DNA from: a virus
Virus genome (UHGV): UHGV-0279810
Direction: 5' to 3' (one strand)
DNA: 19,836 nucleotides
Both the position numbers and the translations under genes were made by a program. Positions within the stretch are counted from its first letter, which is position 1, and every line of letters begins with the position of its first letter. This document shows positions 6,176-15,199 of this stretch, piece after piece. The notes under the pieces are model-generated. The model had not been told where the DNA came from, ran no database searches, and worked only from the letters and a program-made list of their open reading frames with translations.

Positions 6176-7947
6176 CAGTAAAACTCCAGAATGGTGGATG
6201 TCAGCGGGGTGCTGATACCGGCGGTGAGTGGCTCATTTAACAGGGCGTGCATGGTCGCCCAGGCGAGGTCGGCGTGGCTGGCTTCCTCGCTGCGGCTGGC
6301 CTCATAAGTGGCGCTGCGTCCGCTGCTGGTCATGGTCTTGCGGATAGCCATAAACGAGCTGGTGATGTCGGTGGCGCTGACGTCATATTCCAGACAGCCA
6401 CGGCGGATAACGTCTTTTGCCTTGAGCACCATTGCGGTTTTCATTTCCGGTGTGTAGCGGATATCGCGCGCGGCGGGATAGAACGAGCGCACGAGCTGGA
6501 ACACGCCGACACCGAGGCCGGTGGCATCAATACCGATGTATTCGACGTTGTATTTTTCGGTGAGTTTGCGGATGGATTCAGCCTGAGTGGCAAAGTCCAT
6601 GCCTTTCCACTGGTGACGCTCAAGTATTCTGAATTTGCCACCGGCCACCACCGGCGGTGCCAGCACCACGCATCCGGCACTGTCGCCACGGTGTGACGGG
6701 TCGTAACCAATCCATACCGGGCGGGAGCCGAACGGATTGGCGGCAAAGGGTGCATAGTCTTCCCATTCTTCCAGCGTGTCGACCATGCAGCGTTGCAGCT
6801 CCTCGAACGGGAACACCGACGCCTTGTCGTCAACAAATTCACACATGAACAGGTTTTTAAAATCGTCGGCGCTGTTTTCACGTTTGAGCTGCTCAATGTC
6901 GAACAGTGTGCAGCCGCCTTTCAGGGCGTCCTCAATGGTGACAATCTGCCGCCACTGGCCGTCCGCACAGAGAAGCCCGCTGGCAAGGGCGTTATGACTG
7001 ACGTCGATTTCCACACGTTCGGCGGCGCTGGCACGTCCCCGGTTGAACAGTTCACCTGACCAGAACGGGTAGGCGTCGTGCGCCAGCGTGGACGGGGTGG
7101 AGAAATAGGTCGAGCGCAGGTGACTCTGTGAGGCCATACCTGATGCCACCTTACGCAGTACCTGAAAATTCGGGATCCAGAAAATCTCATCGACGTACAG
7201 GTCGCCGTTATGGCTCTGCGCGGTGTTGGAGTTGGTGCCGAGAAAAATCAGTTTTGCGCCGTTATTGCCCAGGACAATCGGGTCACCGGTAAGGTCAACG
7301 TCCACCAGACGGGCAAAGGCGATGATGTATTCGCGGAACACATACGCCTGCGTTTTACTGGCCGACAGAAAAATCTGGTTATGACCGGTTTTCAGGGCGC
7401 GCAGCAGTGCCTCGCGGGAAAAATAAAACGTCGCGCCAATCTGGCGGGATTTCAGGATATCGCGGATGCGGTGCTCAAGCCCGGCGCGATACCAGTGCAA
7501 CTGATAGTCGAAAGACTGCTCAAAGAAAATCTGCTCCAGCTTTTCGATGGCTTCGTCACTGAAAAAATTCTTTTTCGGTTTGCGACGCCCGCCTTTGTTG
7601 CGGTTAGCGACGTTCGGATTAAGGTCTGCCTCGTTGCCGGTCTGGCTGTAGCGGTTTACCCGTGCCAGTCGTTCAATCTGGCGTCCCAGCAGGTCAATTT
7701 CCTTGAAGTCACCGCCGGTTTTCTGCGGTTTGATGATGAGCTGGGTCAGCCGCGCTTCCAGGCTCATTTCGACACGGCTGATGGGGGCAACGCTGTCCCA
7801 GCCGTCGCGCTGTTTCCAGCTCTGCACCGTCGGGCGTTTCATCTGCAACATGGCGGCAATCTGCGGCACGGAAAACCCCTGCCAGTACAGCAGCGCCGCC
7901 TGACGACGCGGGTCGTGTAAAAGAGTGGTGTCTGTGGTGATGGTCAT
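6175..7947 (-). CDS. P: Terminase large (ATPase) subunit gpP
   Basis: 590-aa product from MTITTDTTLLHDPRRQAALLYWQGF; start moved 10 codons inside the ORF-track start (7977) to the ATG at 7947, which has GAGGT upstream. Confidence 0.9.
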   Translation of the reverse strand: MTITTDTTLLHDPRRQAALLYWQGFSVPQIAAMLQMKRPTVQSWKQRDGWDSVAPISRVEMSLEARLTQLIIKPQKTGGDFKEIDLLGRQIERLARVNRYSQTGNEADLNPNVANRNKGGRRKPKKNFFSDEAIEKLEQIFFEQSFDYQLHWYRAGLEHRIRDILKSRQIGATFYFSREALLRALKTGHNQIFLSASKTQAYVFREYIIAFARLVDVDLTGDPIVLGNNGAKLIFLGTNSNTAQSHNGDLYVDEIFWIPNFQVLRKVASGMASQSHLRSTYFSTPSTLAHDAYPFWSGELFNRGRASAAERVEIDVSHNALASGLLCADGQWRQIVTIEDALKGGCTLFDIEQLKRENSADDFKNLFMCEFVDDKASVFPFEELQRCMVDTLEEWEDYAPFAANPFGSRPVWIGYDPSHRGDSAGCVVLAPPVVAGGKFRILERHQWKGMDFATQAESIRKLTEKYNVEYIGIDATGLGVGVFQLVRSFYPAARDIRYTPEMKTAMVLKAKDVIRRGCLEYDVSATDITSSFMAIRKTMTSSGRSATYEASRSEEASHADLAWATMHALLNEPLTAGISTPLTSTILEFY

Positions 7948-7977
7948 GAATACCTCGCCGTGATGAATACACGGCAA

Positions 7978-8120
7978 GGCTACTGAGTCGCGCCCCGCGA
8001 TTCGCTAAGGTGCTGTTGTGTCAGTGATAAGCCATCCGGGACTGATGGCGGAGGATGCGTATCGTCGGGAAACTGATGCCGACATGTGACTCCTCTAATC
8101 ACTATTCAGGACTCCTGACA
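7978..8120. promoter_or_regulatory. Divergent late-promoter region between P and O (expected Ogr-activated promoters)
   Basis: Intergenic region between divergently transcribed P and O, as in P2. I could not place an exact TGT-N12-ACA element by eye. Confidence 0.4.
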
Positions 8121-8975
8121 ATGGCAAAAAAAGTCTCAAAATTCTTTCGTATCGGCGTTGAGGGTGACACCTGTGACGGGCGTGTCATCAGTGCGCAGGA
8201 TATTCAGGAAATGGCCGAAACCTTTGACCCGCGAGTCTATGGTTGCCGCATTAACCTGGAACATCTGCGCGGCGTCCTGCCTGACGGTATTTTTAAGCGT
8301 TATGGCGATGTGGTCGAACTGAAGGCCGAAAAGATTGACGATGATTCGGCGCTGAAAGGCAAATGGGCGCTGTTTGCGAAAATCACCCCGACCGATGACC
8401 TTATCGCGATGAACAAGGCCGCGCAGAAGGTCTATACCTCAATGGAAATTCAGCCGAACTTTGCCAATACCGGCAAATGTTATCTGGTGGGTCTGGCCGT
8501 CACCGATGACCCGGCAAGCCTCGGCACGGAATACCTGGAATTCTGCCGCACGGCAAAACACAACCCCCTGAACCGCTTCAAATTAAGCCCTGAAAACCTG
8601 ATTTCAGTGGCAACGCCCGTTGAGCTGGAATTTGAAGACCTGCCTGAAACCGTGTTCACCGCCCTGACCGAAAAGGTGAAGTCCATTTTTGGCCGCAAAC
8701 AGGCCAGCGATGACGCCCGTCTGAATGACGTGCATGAAGCGGTGACCGCTGTTGCTGAACATGTGCAGGAAAAACTGAGCGCCACTGAGCAGCGCCTCGC
8801 TGAGATGGAAACCGCTTTTTCCGCACTTAAGCAGGATGTGACTGACAGGGCGGATGAAACCAGCCAGGCATTCACCCGCCTGAAAAACAGTCTCGACCAC
8901 ACCGAAAGTCTGACCCAGCAGCGCCGCAGCAAGGCCACCGGTGGTGGCGGTGACGCCCTGATGACGAACTGCTGA
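8121..8975 (+). CDS. O: Capsid scaffolding protein gpO
   Basis: 284 aa from MAKKVSKFFRIGVEGDTCDG; internal start chosen over ORF-track start 8055; position after P. Confidence 0.9.
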   Translation: MAKKVSKFFRIGVEGDTCDGRVISAQDIQEMAETFDPRVYGCRINLEHLRGVLPDGIFKRYGDVVELKAEKIDDDSALKGKWALFAKITPTDDLIAMNKAAQKVYTSMEIQPNFANTGKCYLVGLAVTDDPASLGTEYLEFCRTAKHNPLNRFKLSPENLISVATPVELEFEDLPETVFTALTEKVKSIFGRKQASDDARLNDVHEAVTAVAEHVQEKLSATEQRLAEMETAFSALKQDVTDRADETSQAFTRLKNSLDHTESLTQQRRSKATGGGGDALMTNC

Positions 8976-9033
8976 CCGGCGTCAGTCAGTCCGGGAAAAC
9001 CTTCACGATTAACCCTTAATTTCAGGAAAAACT

Positions 9034-10107
9034 ATGCGCCAGGAAACCCGCTTTAAATTTAATGCCTACCTGTCCCGTGTTGCCGAACTGAACGGCATCG
9101 ACGCCGGTGATGTGTCGAAAAAATTCACCGTTGAACCGTCGGTCACCCAGACCCTGATGAACACCATGCAGGAGTCCTCTGACTTTCTGACCCGCATCAA
9201 CATTGTGCCGGTCAGCGAAATGAAAGGGGAAAAAATTGGCATCGGTGTCACCGGCTCCATCGCCAGCACCACCGACACCGCCGGTGGCACCGAGCGTCAG
9301 CCGAAGGACTTCTCGAAGCTGGCGTCAAACAAGTACGAATGCGACCAGATTAACTTCGATTTTTATATCCGCTACAAAACGCTGGACCTGTGGGCGCGTT
9401 ATCAGGATTTCCAGCTCCGTGTCCGTAACGCCATTATCAAACGCCAGTCCCTTGATTTAATCATGGCCGGTTTTAACGGCGTGAGGCGTGCCGGAACCTC
9501 TGACCGCAGCAGCAATCCGATGCTGCAGGATGTGGCGGTCGGCTGGCTGCAGAAATACCGCAATGAAGCCCCGGCGCGCGTGATGAGCAAGGTCGCTGAC
9601 GAGGAAGGTCGCACCACCTCTGAGGTCATCCGCGTGGGTAAGGGCGGTGATTATGCCAGCCTTGACGCACTGGTGATGGATGCGACCAACAACCTGATTG
9701 AGCCGTGGTATCAGGAAGACCCTGACCTTGTGGTGATTGTGGGACGTCAGCTACTGGCGGACAAGTATTTTCCCATCGTCAACAAGGAGCAGGACAACAG
9801 CGAAATGCTGGCCGCTGACGTCATCATCAGCCAGAAACGCATCGGTAACCTGCCGGCGGTACGCGTCCCGTACTTCCCGGCGGATGCGATGCTCATCACA
9901 AAGCTGGAAAACCTGTCCATCTACTACATGGATGACAGCCATCGCCGCGTGATTGAGGAAAACCCGAAACTCGACCGCGTGGAGAACTACGAGTCAATGA
10001 ACATTGATTACGTGGTGGAAGACTACGCCGCCGGTTGTCTGGTGGAAAAAATTAAGGTCGGTGATTTCTCCACACTGGCTAAAGCGACCGCAGAGCCGGG
10101 AGCGTAA
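9034..10107 (+). CDS. N: Major capsid protein gpN
   Basis: 357 aa; AGGA ribosome-binding site; P2 order O-N-M. Confidence 0.92.
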   Translation: MRQETRFKFNAYLSRVAELNGIDAGDVSKKFTVEPSVTQTLMNTMQESSDFLTRINIVPVSEMKGEKIGIGVTGSIASTTDTAGGTERQPKDFSKLASNKYECDQINFDFYIRYKTLDLWARYQDFQLRVRNAIIKRQSLDLIMAGFNGVRRAGTSDRSSNPMLQDVAVGWLQKYRNEAPARVMSKVADEEGRTTSEVIRVGKGGDYASLDALVMDATNNLIEPWYQEDPDLVVIVGRQLLADKYFPIVNKEQDNSEMLAADVIISQKRIGNLPAVRVPYFPADAMLITKLENLSIYYMDDSHRRVIEENPKLDRVENYESMNIDYVVEDYAAGCLVEKIKVGDFSTLAKATAEPGA

Positions 10108-10110
10108 CCG

Positions 10111-10854
10111 ATGACGAGTCCCGCACAGCGCCACATGATGCGGGTCTCGGCAGCGATGACCGCGCAGCGGGAAGCCGCCCCGCTGCGACATGCAACTGTC
10201 TATGAGCAGATGCTGGTTAAGCTCGCCGCAGACCAGCGCACACTGAAAGCGATTTATTCAAAAGAGCTGAAGGCCGCGAAAAAACGCGAACTGCTGCCGT
10301 TCTGGTTGCCGTGGGTGAACGGCGTGCTGGAGCAGGGCAAAGGTGCACAGGATGACATTCTGATGACGGTCATGCTGTGGCGTCTGGATACCGGCGATAT
10401 TGCCGGTGCGCTGGAGATTGCCCGTTATGCCCTGAAGTACGGTCTGACCATGCCGGGTAAACACCGCCGTACCCCGCCGTACATGTTCACCGAGGAGGTA
10501 GCGCTTGCGGCCATGCGCGCTCACGCTGCCGGTGAGTCTGTGGATACCCGCCTGCTGACGGAGACCCTTGAACTGACCGCCACGGCTGACATGCCTGATG
10601 AAGTGCGCGCAAAGCTGCACAAAATCACCGGTCTGTTTCTGCGTGACGGTGGTGATGCCGCCGGTGCGCTGGCTCACCTGCAACGTGCGACACAGCTCGA
10701 CTGTCAGGCAGGCGTCAAAAAAGAGATTGAACGACTGGAGCGGGAGCTGAAACCGAAGCCGGAGCCGCAGCCCAAAGCGGCCACCCGCGCCCCGCGTAAG
10801 ATCCGGAGCGTGACACCGGCAAAACGTGGACGCCCGAAAAAGAAAGCCAGTTAA
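10111..10854 (+). CDS. M: Terminase small (endonuclease) subunit gpM
   Basis: 247 aa with basic C-terminal tail (RGRPKKKAS); starts 4 nt after N stop. Confidence 0.9.
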   Translation: MTSPAQRHMMRVSAAMTAQREAAPLRHATVYEQMLVKLAADQRTLKAIYSKELKAAKKRELLPFWLPWVNGVLEQGKGAQDDILMTVMLWRLDTGDIAGALEIARYALKYGLTMPGKHRRTPPYMFTEEVALAAMRAHAAGESVDTRLLTETLELTATADMPDEVRAKLHKITGLFLRDGGDAAGALAHLQRATQLDCQAGVKKEIERLERELKPKPEPQPKAATRAPRKIRSVTPAKRGRPKKKAS

Positions 10855-10953
10855 CAACCGAATGCGCCCCGCGCCAGGGCGGCACGCCGGTCAGTGAGGG
10901 TGAATCACCTGACACTGCACCGGCGTCCACCGCCCGACTTTTCAGAGGTAGTC

Positions 10954-11463
10954 ATGATGACGCTGATTATTCCGCGAAAGGAGGCTCCCGTGTCCGGTGA
11001 GGGTACGGTGGTCATCCCGCAACCGGCAGGCGACGAGCCGGTGATTAAAAACACGTTCTTTTTTCCCGATATCGACCCGAAGCGCGTCCGGGAACGTATG
11101 CGCCTTGAGCAGACCGTCGCCCCCGCCCGTCTGCGTGAGGCCATCAAGTCAGGCATGGCGGAGACGAATGCGGAGCTGTACGAGTACCGCGAACAGAAAA
11201 TTGCCGCCGGTTTTACGTGTCTGGCGGACGTCCCGGCGGACGACATCGACGGTGAAAGCATCAAAGTTTTTTACTACGAGCGCGCCGTGTGTGCGATGGC
11301 GACCGCGTCGCTTTATGAACGTTATCGCGGTGTGGATGCCAGTGCGAAAGGCGACAAGAAGGCCGACAGCATTGACAGCACCATTGATGAGCTGTGGCGG
11401 GATATGCGCTGGGCAGTGGCGCGCATCCAGGGCAAGCCGCGCTGCATCGTGAGTCAAATCTGA
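10954..11463 (+). CDS. L: Head completion/stabilisation protein gpL
   Basis: 169 aa from MMTLIIPRKEAP; GAGG ribosome-binding site; internal start chosen over ORF-track 10894. Confidence 0.88.
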   Translation: MMTLIIPRKEAPVSGEGTVVIPQPAGDEPVIKNTFFFPDIDPKRVRERMRLEQTVAPARLREAIKSGMAETNAELYEYREQKIAAGFTCLADVPADDIDGESIKVFYYERAVCAMATASLYERYRGVDASAKGDKKADSIDSTIDELWRDMRWAVARIQGKPRCIVSQI

Positions 11464-11666
11464 TGAAGACCTTTGCGCTACAGGGCGACACGCTCGACGC
11501 CATTTGTGTCCGGTATTACGGGCGCACTGAGGGCGTGGTTGAGACCGTGCTCGCCGCAAATCCGGGACTGGCTGAACTGGGTGCGGTGCTGCCACACGGC
11601 ACCGCCGTCGAACTGCCCGACGTTCAGACCGCGCCCGTGGCTGAAACTGTCAATCTGTGGGAGTAA
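11463..11666 (+). CDS. X: Tail protein gpX (67 aa)
   Basis: MKTFALQGDTLDAICVRYYGR...; ATGA overlap with L stop; ORF-track N-terminal extension (11394) rejected. Confidence 0.85.
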   Translation: MKTFALQGDTLDAICVRYYGRTEGVVETVLAANPGLAELGAVLPHGTAVELPDVQTAPVAETVNLWE

Positions 11667-11669
11667 CGC

Positions 11670-11951
11670 ATGACAGCAGAAGAAAAAAGCGTCCTGTCGC
11701 TTTTCATGATTGGGGTGCTGATTGTTGTCGGCAAGGTGCTTGCCGGTGGTGAACCCATCACCCCGCGTCTGTTTATCGGGCGCATGTTGCTCGGTGGTTT
11801 TGTCTCGATGGTTGCCGGTGTTGTTCTGGTGCAGTTTCCTGACCTGTCACTGCCTGCGGTGTGCGGCATCGGCTCCATGCTGGGTATCGCCGGTTATCAG
11901 GTGATTGAGATTGCCATTCAGCGCCGCTTTAAGGGCAGGGGGAAACCGTAA
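11670..11951 (+). CDS. Y: Holin gpY
   Basis: 93 aa with hydrophobic transmembrane stretches, immediately before the lysozyme gene. Confidence 0.88.
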   Translation: MTAEEKSVLSLFMIGVLIVVGKVLAGGEPITPRLFIGRMLLGGFVSMVAGVVLVQFPDLSLPAVCGIGSMLGIAGYQVIEIAIQRRFKGRGKP

Positions 11952-12448
11952 TGCCGGTTATTAACACGCATCAGAATATCGCCGCCTTTCTCGACATGCT
12001 GGCCGTGTCCGAAGGGACGGCAAACCATCCGCTGACGAAAAACCGGGGCTATGACGTGATAGTCACCGGACTGGACGGGAAGCCGGAAATTTTCACCGAC
12101 TACAGTGACCACCCGTTCGCGCATGGCCGACCGGCGAAGGTGTTTAACCGTCGCGGTGAAAAGTCCACGGCATCCGGTCGCTATCAGCAGCTTTACCTGT
12201 TCTGGCCGCACTACCGCAAACAGCTTGCCCTGCCGGATTTCAGTCCGTTGTCACAGGACAGGCTCGCCATTCAGTTGATCCGCGAACGCGGTGCACTGGA
12301 TGACATCCGGGCGGGACGCATTGAGCGCGCTATTTCACGCTGTCGCAATATCTGGGCGTCCCTGCCGGGAGCCGGTTACGGTCAGCGTGAGCATTCACTG
12401 GAAAAACTGGTCACCGTCTGGCGTACCGCTGGCGGCGTACCGGCTTAA
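11951..12448 (+). CDS. K: Endolysin (lysozyme) gpK
   Basis: 165 aa; start overlaps Y stop; P2 lysis cassette order. Confidence 0.9.
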   Translation: MPVINTHQNIAAFLDMLAVSEGTANHPLTKNRGYDVIVTGLDGKPEIFTDYSDHPFAHGRPAKVFNRRGEKSTASGRYQQLYLFWPHYRKQLALPDFSPLSQDRLAIQLIRERGALDDIRAGRIERAISRCRNIWASLPGAGYGQREHSLEKLVTVWRTAGGVPA

Positions 12449-12462
12449 ACGGAGTAAACACC

Positions 12463-12888
12463 ATGAAGAAATTATCCCTTTCACTGATGCTGAACGTGTC
12501 GCTGGCGCTGATGCTGGCACTGTCCCTGATTTACCCGCAGAGCGTGGCCGTCAGTTTTGTCGCCGCCGGGGCGATTCTGGCGACGGTTATCTGTGTGGTT
12601 GCCGGTGGTGTCGGCGTGTATGCCACAGAGTATGTACTGGAGCGCTACGGGCGGGAGCTGTCGCCGGAATCGCTGGCCGTGAAGATTGTCGCGTCGCTGT
12701 TTTTGCAGCCGGTGCCGTGGCGCAGACGGGCGGCGGCTCTGGTGGTGATGGTGGCGACGTTTATCTCGCTGGTCGCTGCCGGGTGGATTTTTACTGCGCT
12801 GATTTACCTCGTGGCGTCGGTGTTTTTCCGGCTGATACGTAAAGCCTGTCGTCAGCGTCTTGAGGGGCGGGAATTATGTCAAAGCTGA
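12463..12888 (+). CDS. lysA: LysA lysis-timing membrane protein
   Basis: 141 aa, strongly hydrophobic with multiple transmembrane segments; GGAG ribosome-binding site. Confidence 0.85.
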   Translation: MKKLSLSLMLNVSLALMLALSLIYPQSVAVSFVAAGAILATVICVVAGGVGVYATEYVLERYGRELSPESLAVKIVASLFLQPVPWRRRAAALVVMVATFISLVAAGWIFTALIYLVASVFFRLIRKACRQRLEGRELCQS

Positions 12889-13301
12889 TGATTGTGCTGG
12901 TCGTGTTGTTATCGCTGGCGGTGGCGGGGCTGTTTCTGGCGAAGCATGAAAACGCCAGCCTGCGCACCTCACTGGACAGGGCGAACAGCGTCGCCAGCGG
13001 GCAGCAGACGACCATCACCATGCTGAAAAATCAGCTTCATGTTGCACTCACCAGGGCAGACAAAAACGAGCTGGCGCAGGTGGCACTGCGTCAGGAACTG
13101 GAGAACGCCGCGAAGCGTGAAGCACTGCGCGAGAAAACCATCACGAGGTTACTTAATGAAAACGAGGATTTTCGCCGCTGGTATGGCGCTGACCTGCCTG
13201 ATGCTGTGCGCCGGTTGCACCAGCGCCCCGCCTGCACCGACGCCAGTGATTGTCCACAACGCCTGCCCGAAAGTGAGTCTTTGCCCGATGCCGGGCAGTG
13301 A
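12876..13301 (+). CDS. lysB: LysB, Rz-like inner-membrane spanin
   Basis: 141 aa with N-terminal transmembrane helix then a charged coiled-coil-like region. Confidence 0.85.
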   Translation: MSKLMIVLVVLLSLAVAGLFLAKHENASLRTSLDRANSVASGQQTTITMLKNQLHVALTRADKNELAQVALRQELENAAKREALREKTITRLLNENEDFRRWYGADLPDAVRRLHQRPACTDASDCPQRLPESESLPDAGQ

Positions 13302-13446
13302 CCCGGAGACGAACGGCGATTTAAGTGCCGATATCCGGCAGCTTGAGAACGCGCTGGCACGCTGTGCCAGCCAGGTAAAAATGATTAAACACTGTCAGGA
13401 CGAAAACGATGCTCAAACCCGACAGCCTGCGCAGGGCGCTGACTGA
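13156..13446 (+). CDS. lysC: LysC, Rz1-like outer-membrane lipoprotein spanin, begins in the +1 frame inside lysB and extends past it into R
   Basis: ATG at 13156 inside ORF 13039-13446; product MKTRIFAAGMALTCLMLCAGC... has a lipobox (LCAGC) and a Pro-rich region. Confidence 0.75.
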   Translation: MKTRIFAAGMALTCLMLCAGCTSAPPAPTPVIVHNACPKVSLCPMPGSDPETNGDLSADIRQLENALARCASQVKMIKHCQDENDAQTRQPAQGAD

Positions 13447-13876
13447 TGCCGTCACGGTGCTGAAAACTAACCCCGATATGCTGCGGATATTCGTGGATAA
13501 CGGGAGTATTGCTTCCACACTGGCGACGTCGCTGTCATTCGAAAAGCGTTACACGCTCAATGTCATTGTGACCGACTTTACCGGTGATTTTGACCTGCTC
13601 ATCGTGCCGGTGCTGGCGTGGCTGCGGGAAAATCAGCCCGACATCATGACCACCGACGCAGGTCAGAAAAAGGGCTTCACGTTTTATGCAGACATCAACA
13701 ATGACAGCAGCTTTGATATCAGCATCAGCCTGATGCTGACCGAGCGAACGCTGGTCAGTGAGGTGGACGGCGCACTGCATGTGAAGAATATCCCGGAACC
13801 TCCGCCGCCGGAGCCGGTCACCCGCCCGGTGGAGCTTTATATCAATGGCGAACTGGTGAGCAAGTGGGATGAATGA
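13409..13876 (+). CDS. R: Tail completion protein gpR
   Basis: 155 aa; AGGA ribosome-binding site; P2 order. Confidence 0.88.
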   Translation: MLKPDSLRRALTDAVTVLKTNPDMLRIFVDNGSIASTLATSLSFEKRYTLNVIVTDFTGDFDLLIVPVLAWLRENQPDIMTTDAGQKKGFTFYADINNDSSFDISISLMLTERTLVSEVDGALHVKNIPEPPPPEPVTRPVELYINGELVSKWDE

Positions 13877-14321
13877 GTTTAAGCGTTTTGAAGACCGGCT
13901 GACCGGACTTATTGAATCGCTGTCACCGTCAGGGCGTCGACGACTGAGTGCCGAACTGGCGAAACGTCTGCGTCAGAGTCAGCAGCGTCGGGTGATGGCA
14001 CAGAAAGCCCCGGACGGCACACCCTACGCGCCACGCCAGCAGCAGAGCGCCAGAAAAAAGACCGGTCGCGTTAAGCGAAAAATGTTTGCGAAACTTATCA
14101 CCAGTCGTTTTTTGCATATCCGCGCCAGCCCGGAACAGGCATCAATGGAGTTTTACGGCGGGAAGTCACCGAAAATCGCCAGCGTGCATCAGTTCGGTCT
14201 GTCGGAAGAAAACCGGAAAGACGGTAAGAAAATTGATTATCCGGCGCGTCCTCTGCTCGGCTTTACCGGTGAGGATGTGCAGATGATTGAAGAGATTATC
14301 CTGGCTCACCTCGACCGTTAG
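13869..14321 (+). CDS. S: Tail completion protein gpS
   Basis: 150 aa; overlaps R end; P2 order. Confidence 0.88.
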   Translation: MNEFKRFEDRLTGLIESLSPSGRRRLSAELAKRLRQSQQRRVMAQKAPDGTPYAPRQQQSARKKTGRVKRKMFAKLITSRFLHIRASPEQASMEFYGGKSPKIASVHQFGLSEENRKDGKKIDYPARPLLGFTGEDVQMIEEIILAHLDR

Positions 14322-14390
14322 TTGTGCCATTCCCGACACCTCATCGTCACATTGCCGCCGGTATGACCCGGCGGCATCCTTCCCGTTATG
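14322..14390 (+). promoter_or_regulatory. Late promoter region of gene V (TGT-N12-ACC activator-site-like element at 14323-14340) plus the V start codon
   Basis: TGTGCCATTCCCGACACC resembles the TGT-N12-ACA dyad I recall for P2 late promoters; ATG at 14388-14390 is followed immediately by inverted sequence. Confidence 0.4.
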
Positions 14391-14730
14391 ATCCGCCGAC
14401 GCAGACGGCGCGGGGTTATCGCCGGAATAAATCCCCGGCAGAACGAACGCCGTGTCGAGTTCACCGCCCACGGCCAGAATCAGCACCTGTTCCCCCACGG
14501 AAGGTGCCCACCATGTGCGCGAACGTCCGGCGCGATGGGTCAGCCACTGCAGCCAGTCGGTACACATGCCGCCGGTCTGCACACGGCAGCGACCGGCGTT
14601 AAGGTCGGTTTCGACGATAACGCCGGTGCGAATCATGTTGCGCAGTGCGCGCGCGAGTTCCTGAATATTTGCGAGAGTGTTCATAACGGGAAGGATGCCG
14701 CCGGGTCATACCGGCGGCAATGTGACGATG
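14342..14730. repeat. 49-bp perfect inverted repeat pair (14342-14390 and 14682-14730): V upstream region plus ATG, and its reverse complement
   Basis: Direct comparison of the two stretches; identical as reverse complements. Confidence 0.85.
14391..14684 (-). pseudogene. V: Baseplate spike gene V, N-terminal fragment (codons 1-98) in inverted orientation
   Basis: Minus-strand translation MNTLANIQELARALRNMIRTGVIV...GIYSGDNPAPSASAD, then reads into unrelated sequence; on the opposite strand to all neighbouring late genes. Confidence 0.75.
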
Positions 14731-14857
14731 CACATGGTGGGCACCTTCCGTGGGGGAACAGGTGCTGATTCTGGCCGTGGGCGGTGAACTCGACACGGCG
14801 TTCGTTCTGCCGGGGATTTATTCCGGCGATAACCCCGCGCCGTCTGCGTCGGCGGAT
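14391..14857. repeat. 127-bp perfect inverted repeat pair (14391-14517 and 14731-14857): V codons about 56-98 in both orientations, flanking a 213-bp spacer
   Basis: Reverse complement of 14391-14517 equals 14731-14857; mirrored ORF-track peptides on opposite strands confirm it (for example MSSSPPTARISTCSPTEGAHHV on + at 14452 and on - at 14796). Confidence 0.85.
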
Positions 14858-15199
14858 GCCCTGCATATCCGTTTCCCTGACGGGGCGGTGATTGAGTATG
14901 AACCCGAAACCAGTGCACTCACGGTAAGCGGAATTAAAACGGCCAGCGTGACGGCTTCTGATTCTGTTACTGCCACGGTGCCGGTGGTCATGGTGAAAGC
15001 ATCAACCCGCGTCACCCTGGACACACCGGAGGTGGTCTGCACTAACAAACTGACTACCGGCACGCTGGAAGTGCAGAAGGGTGGGACGATGCGCGGCAAC
15101 ATTGAACACACCGGTGGTGAACTCTCATCAAACGGTAAGGTGCTGCATACCCATAAACACCCCGGCGACAGCGGCGGCACAACCGGGAGCCCTCTATGA
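14731..15199 (+). pseudogene. V: Baseplate spike gene V, C-terminal fragment (from about codon 56 to stop); a GTG at 14750 could give a 149-aa N-truncated product
   Basis: Plus-strand translation ...WWAPSVGEQVLILAVGG...HTHKHPGDSGGTTGSPL, ending in an ATGA overlap with W; no in-frame ATG at the native N-terminus. Confidence 0.75.

Noticed and set aside
5333-7972. Antisense and off-frame ORFs inside Q and P (such as 5333-5791 +, 6247-6696 +, 7210-7920 +, 6441-6896 -)
   Set aside because: Overlap strongly supported portal and terminase genes in other frames; typical GC-rich spurious ORFs.
8055-8120. N-terminal extensions of ORF-track calls for O (8055), L (10894), X (11394), P (7977) and lysC (13039)
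   Set aside because: Internal starts have ribosome-binding sites and yield the expected protein N-termini and sizes; the extensions run into intergenic or upstream-gene sequence.
8480-11878. Antisense and off-frame ORFs within O-N-M-L-X-Y (such as 8480-8938 -, 9751-9942 -, 10258-10857 -, 11149-11595 -)
   Set aside because: Nested in the late structural operon on the wrong strand or frame; no independent support.
14166-14918. ORF 14166-14684 (-) as an intact 172-aa gene, and the mirrored short ORFs 14324-14918
   Set aside because: Only the first 98 codons match gpV; the rest is read-through into reversed promoter sequence and antisense of S. The mirrored ORFs are by-products of the inverted repeats.
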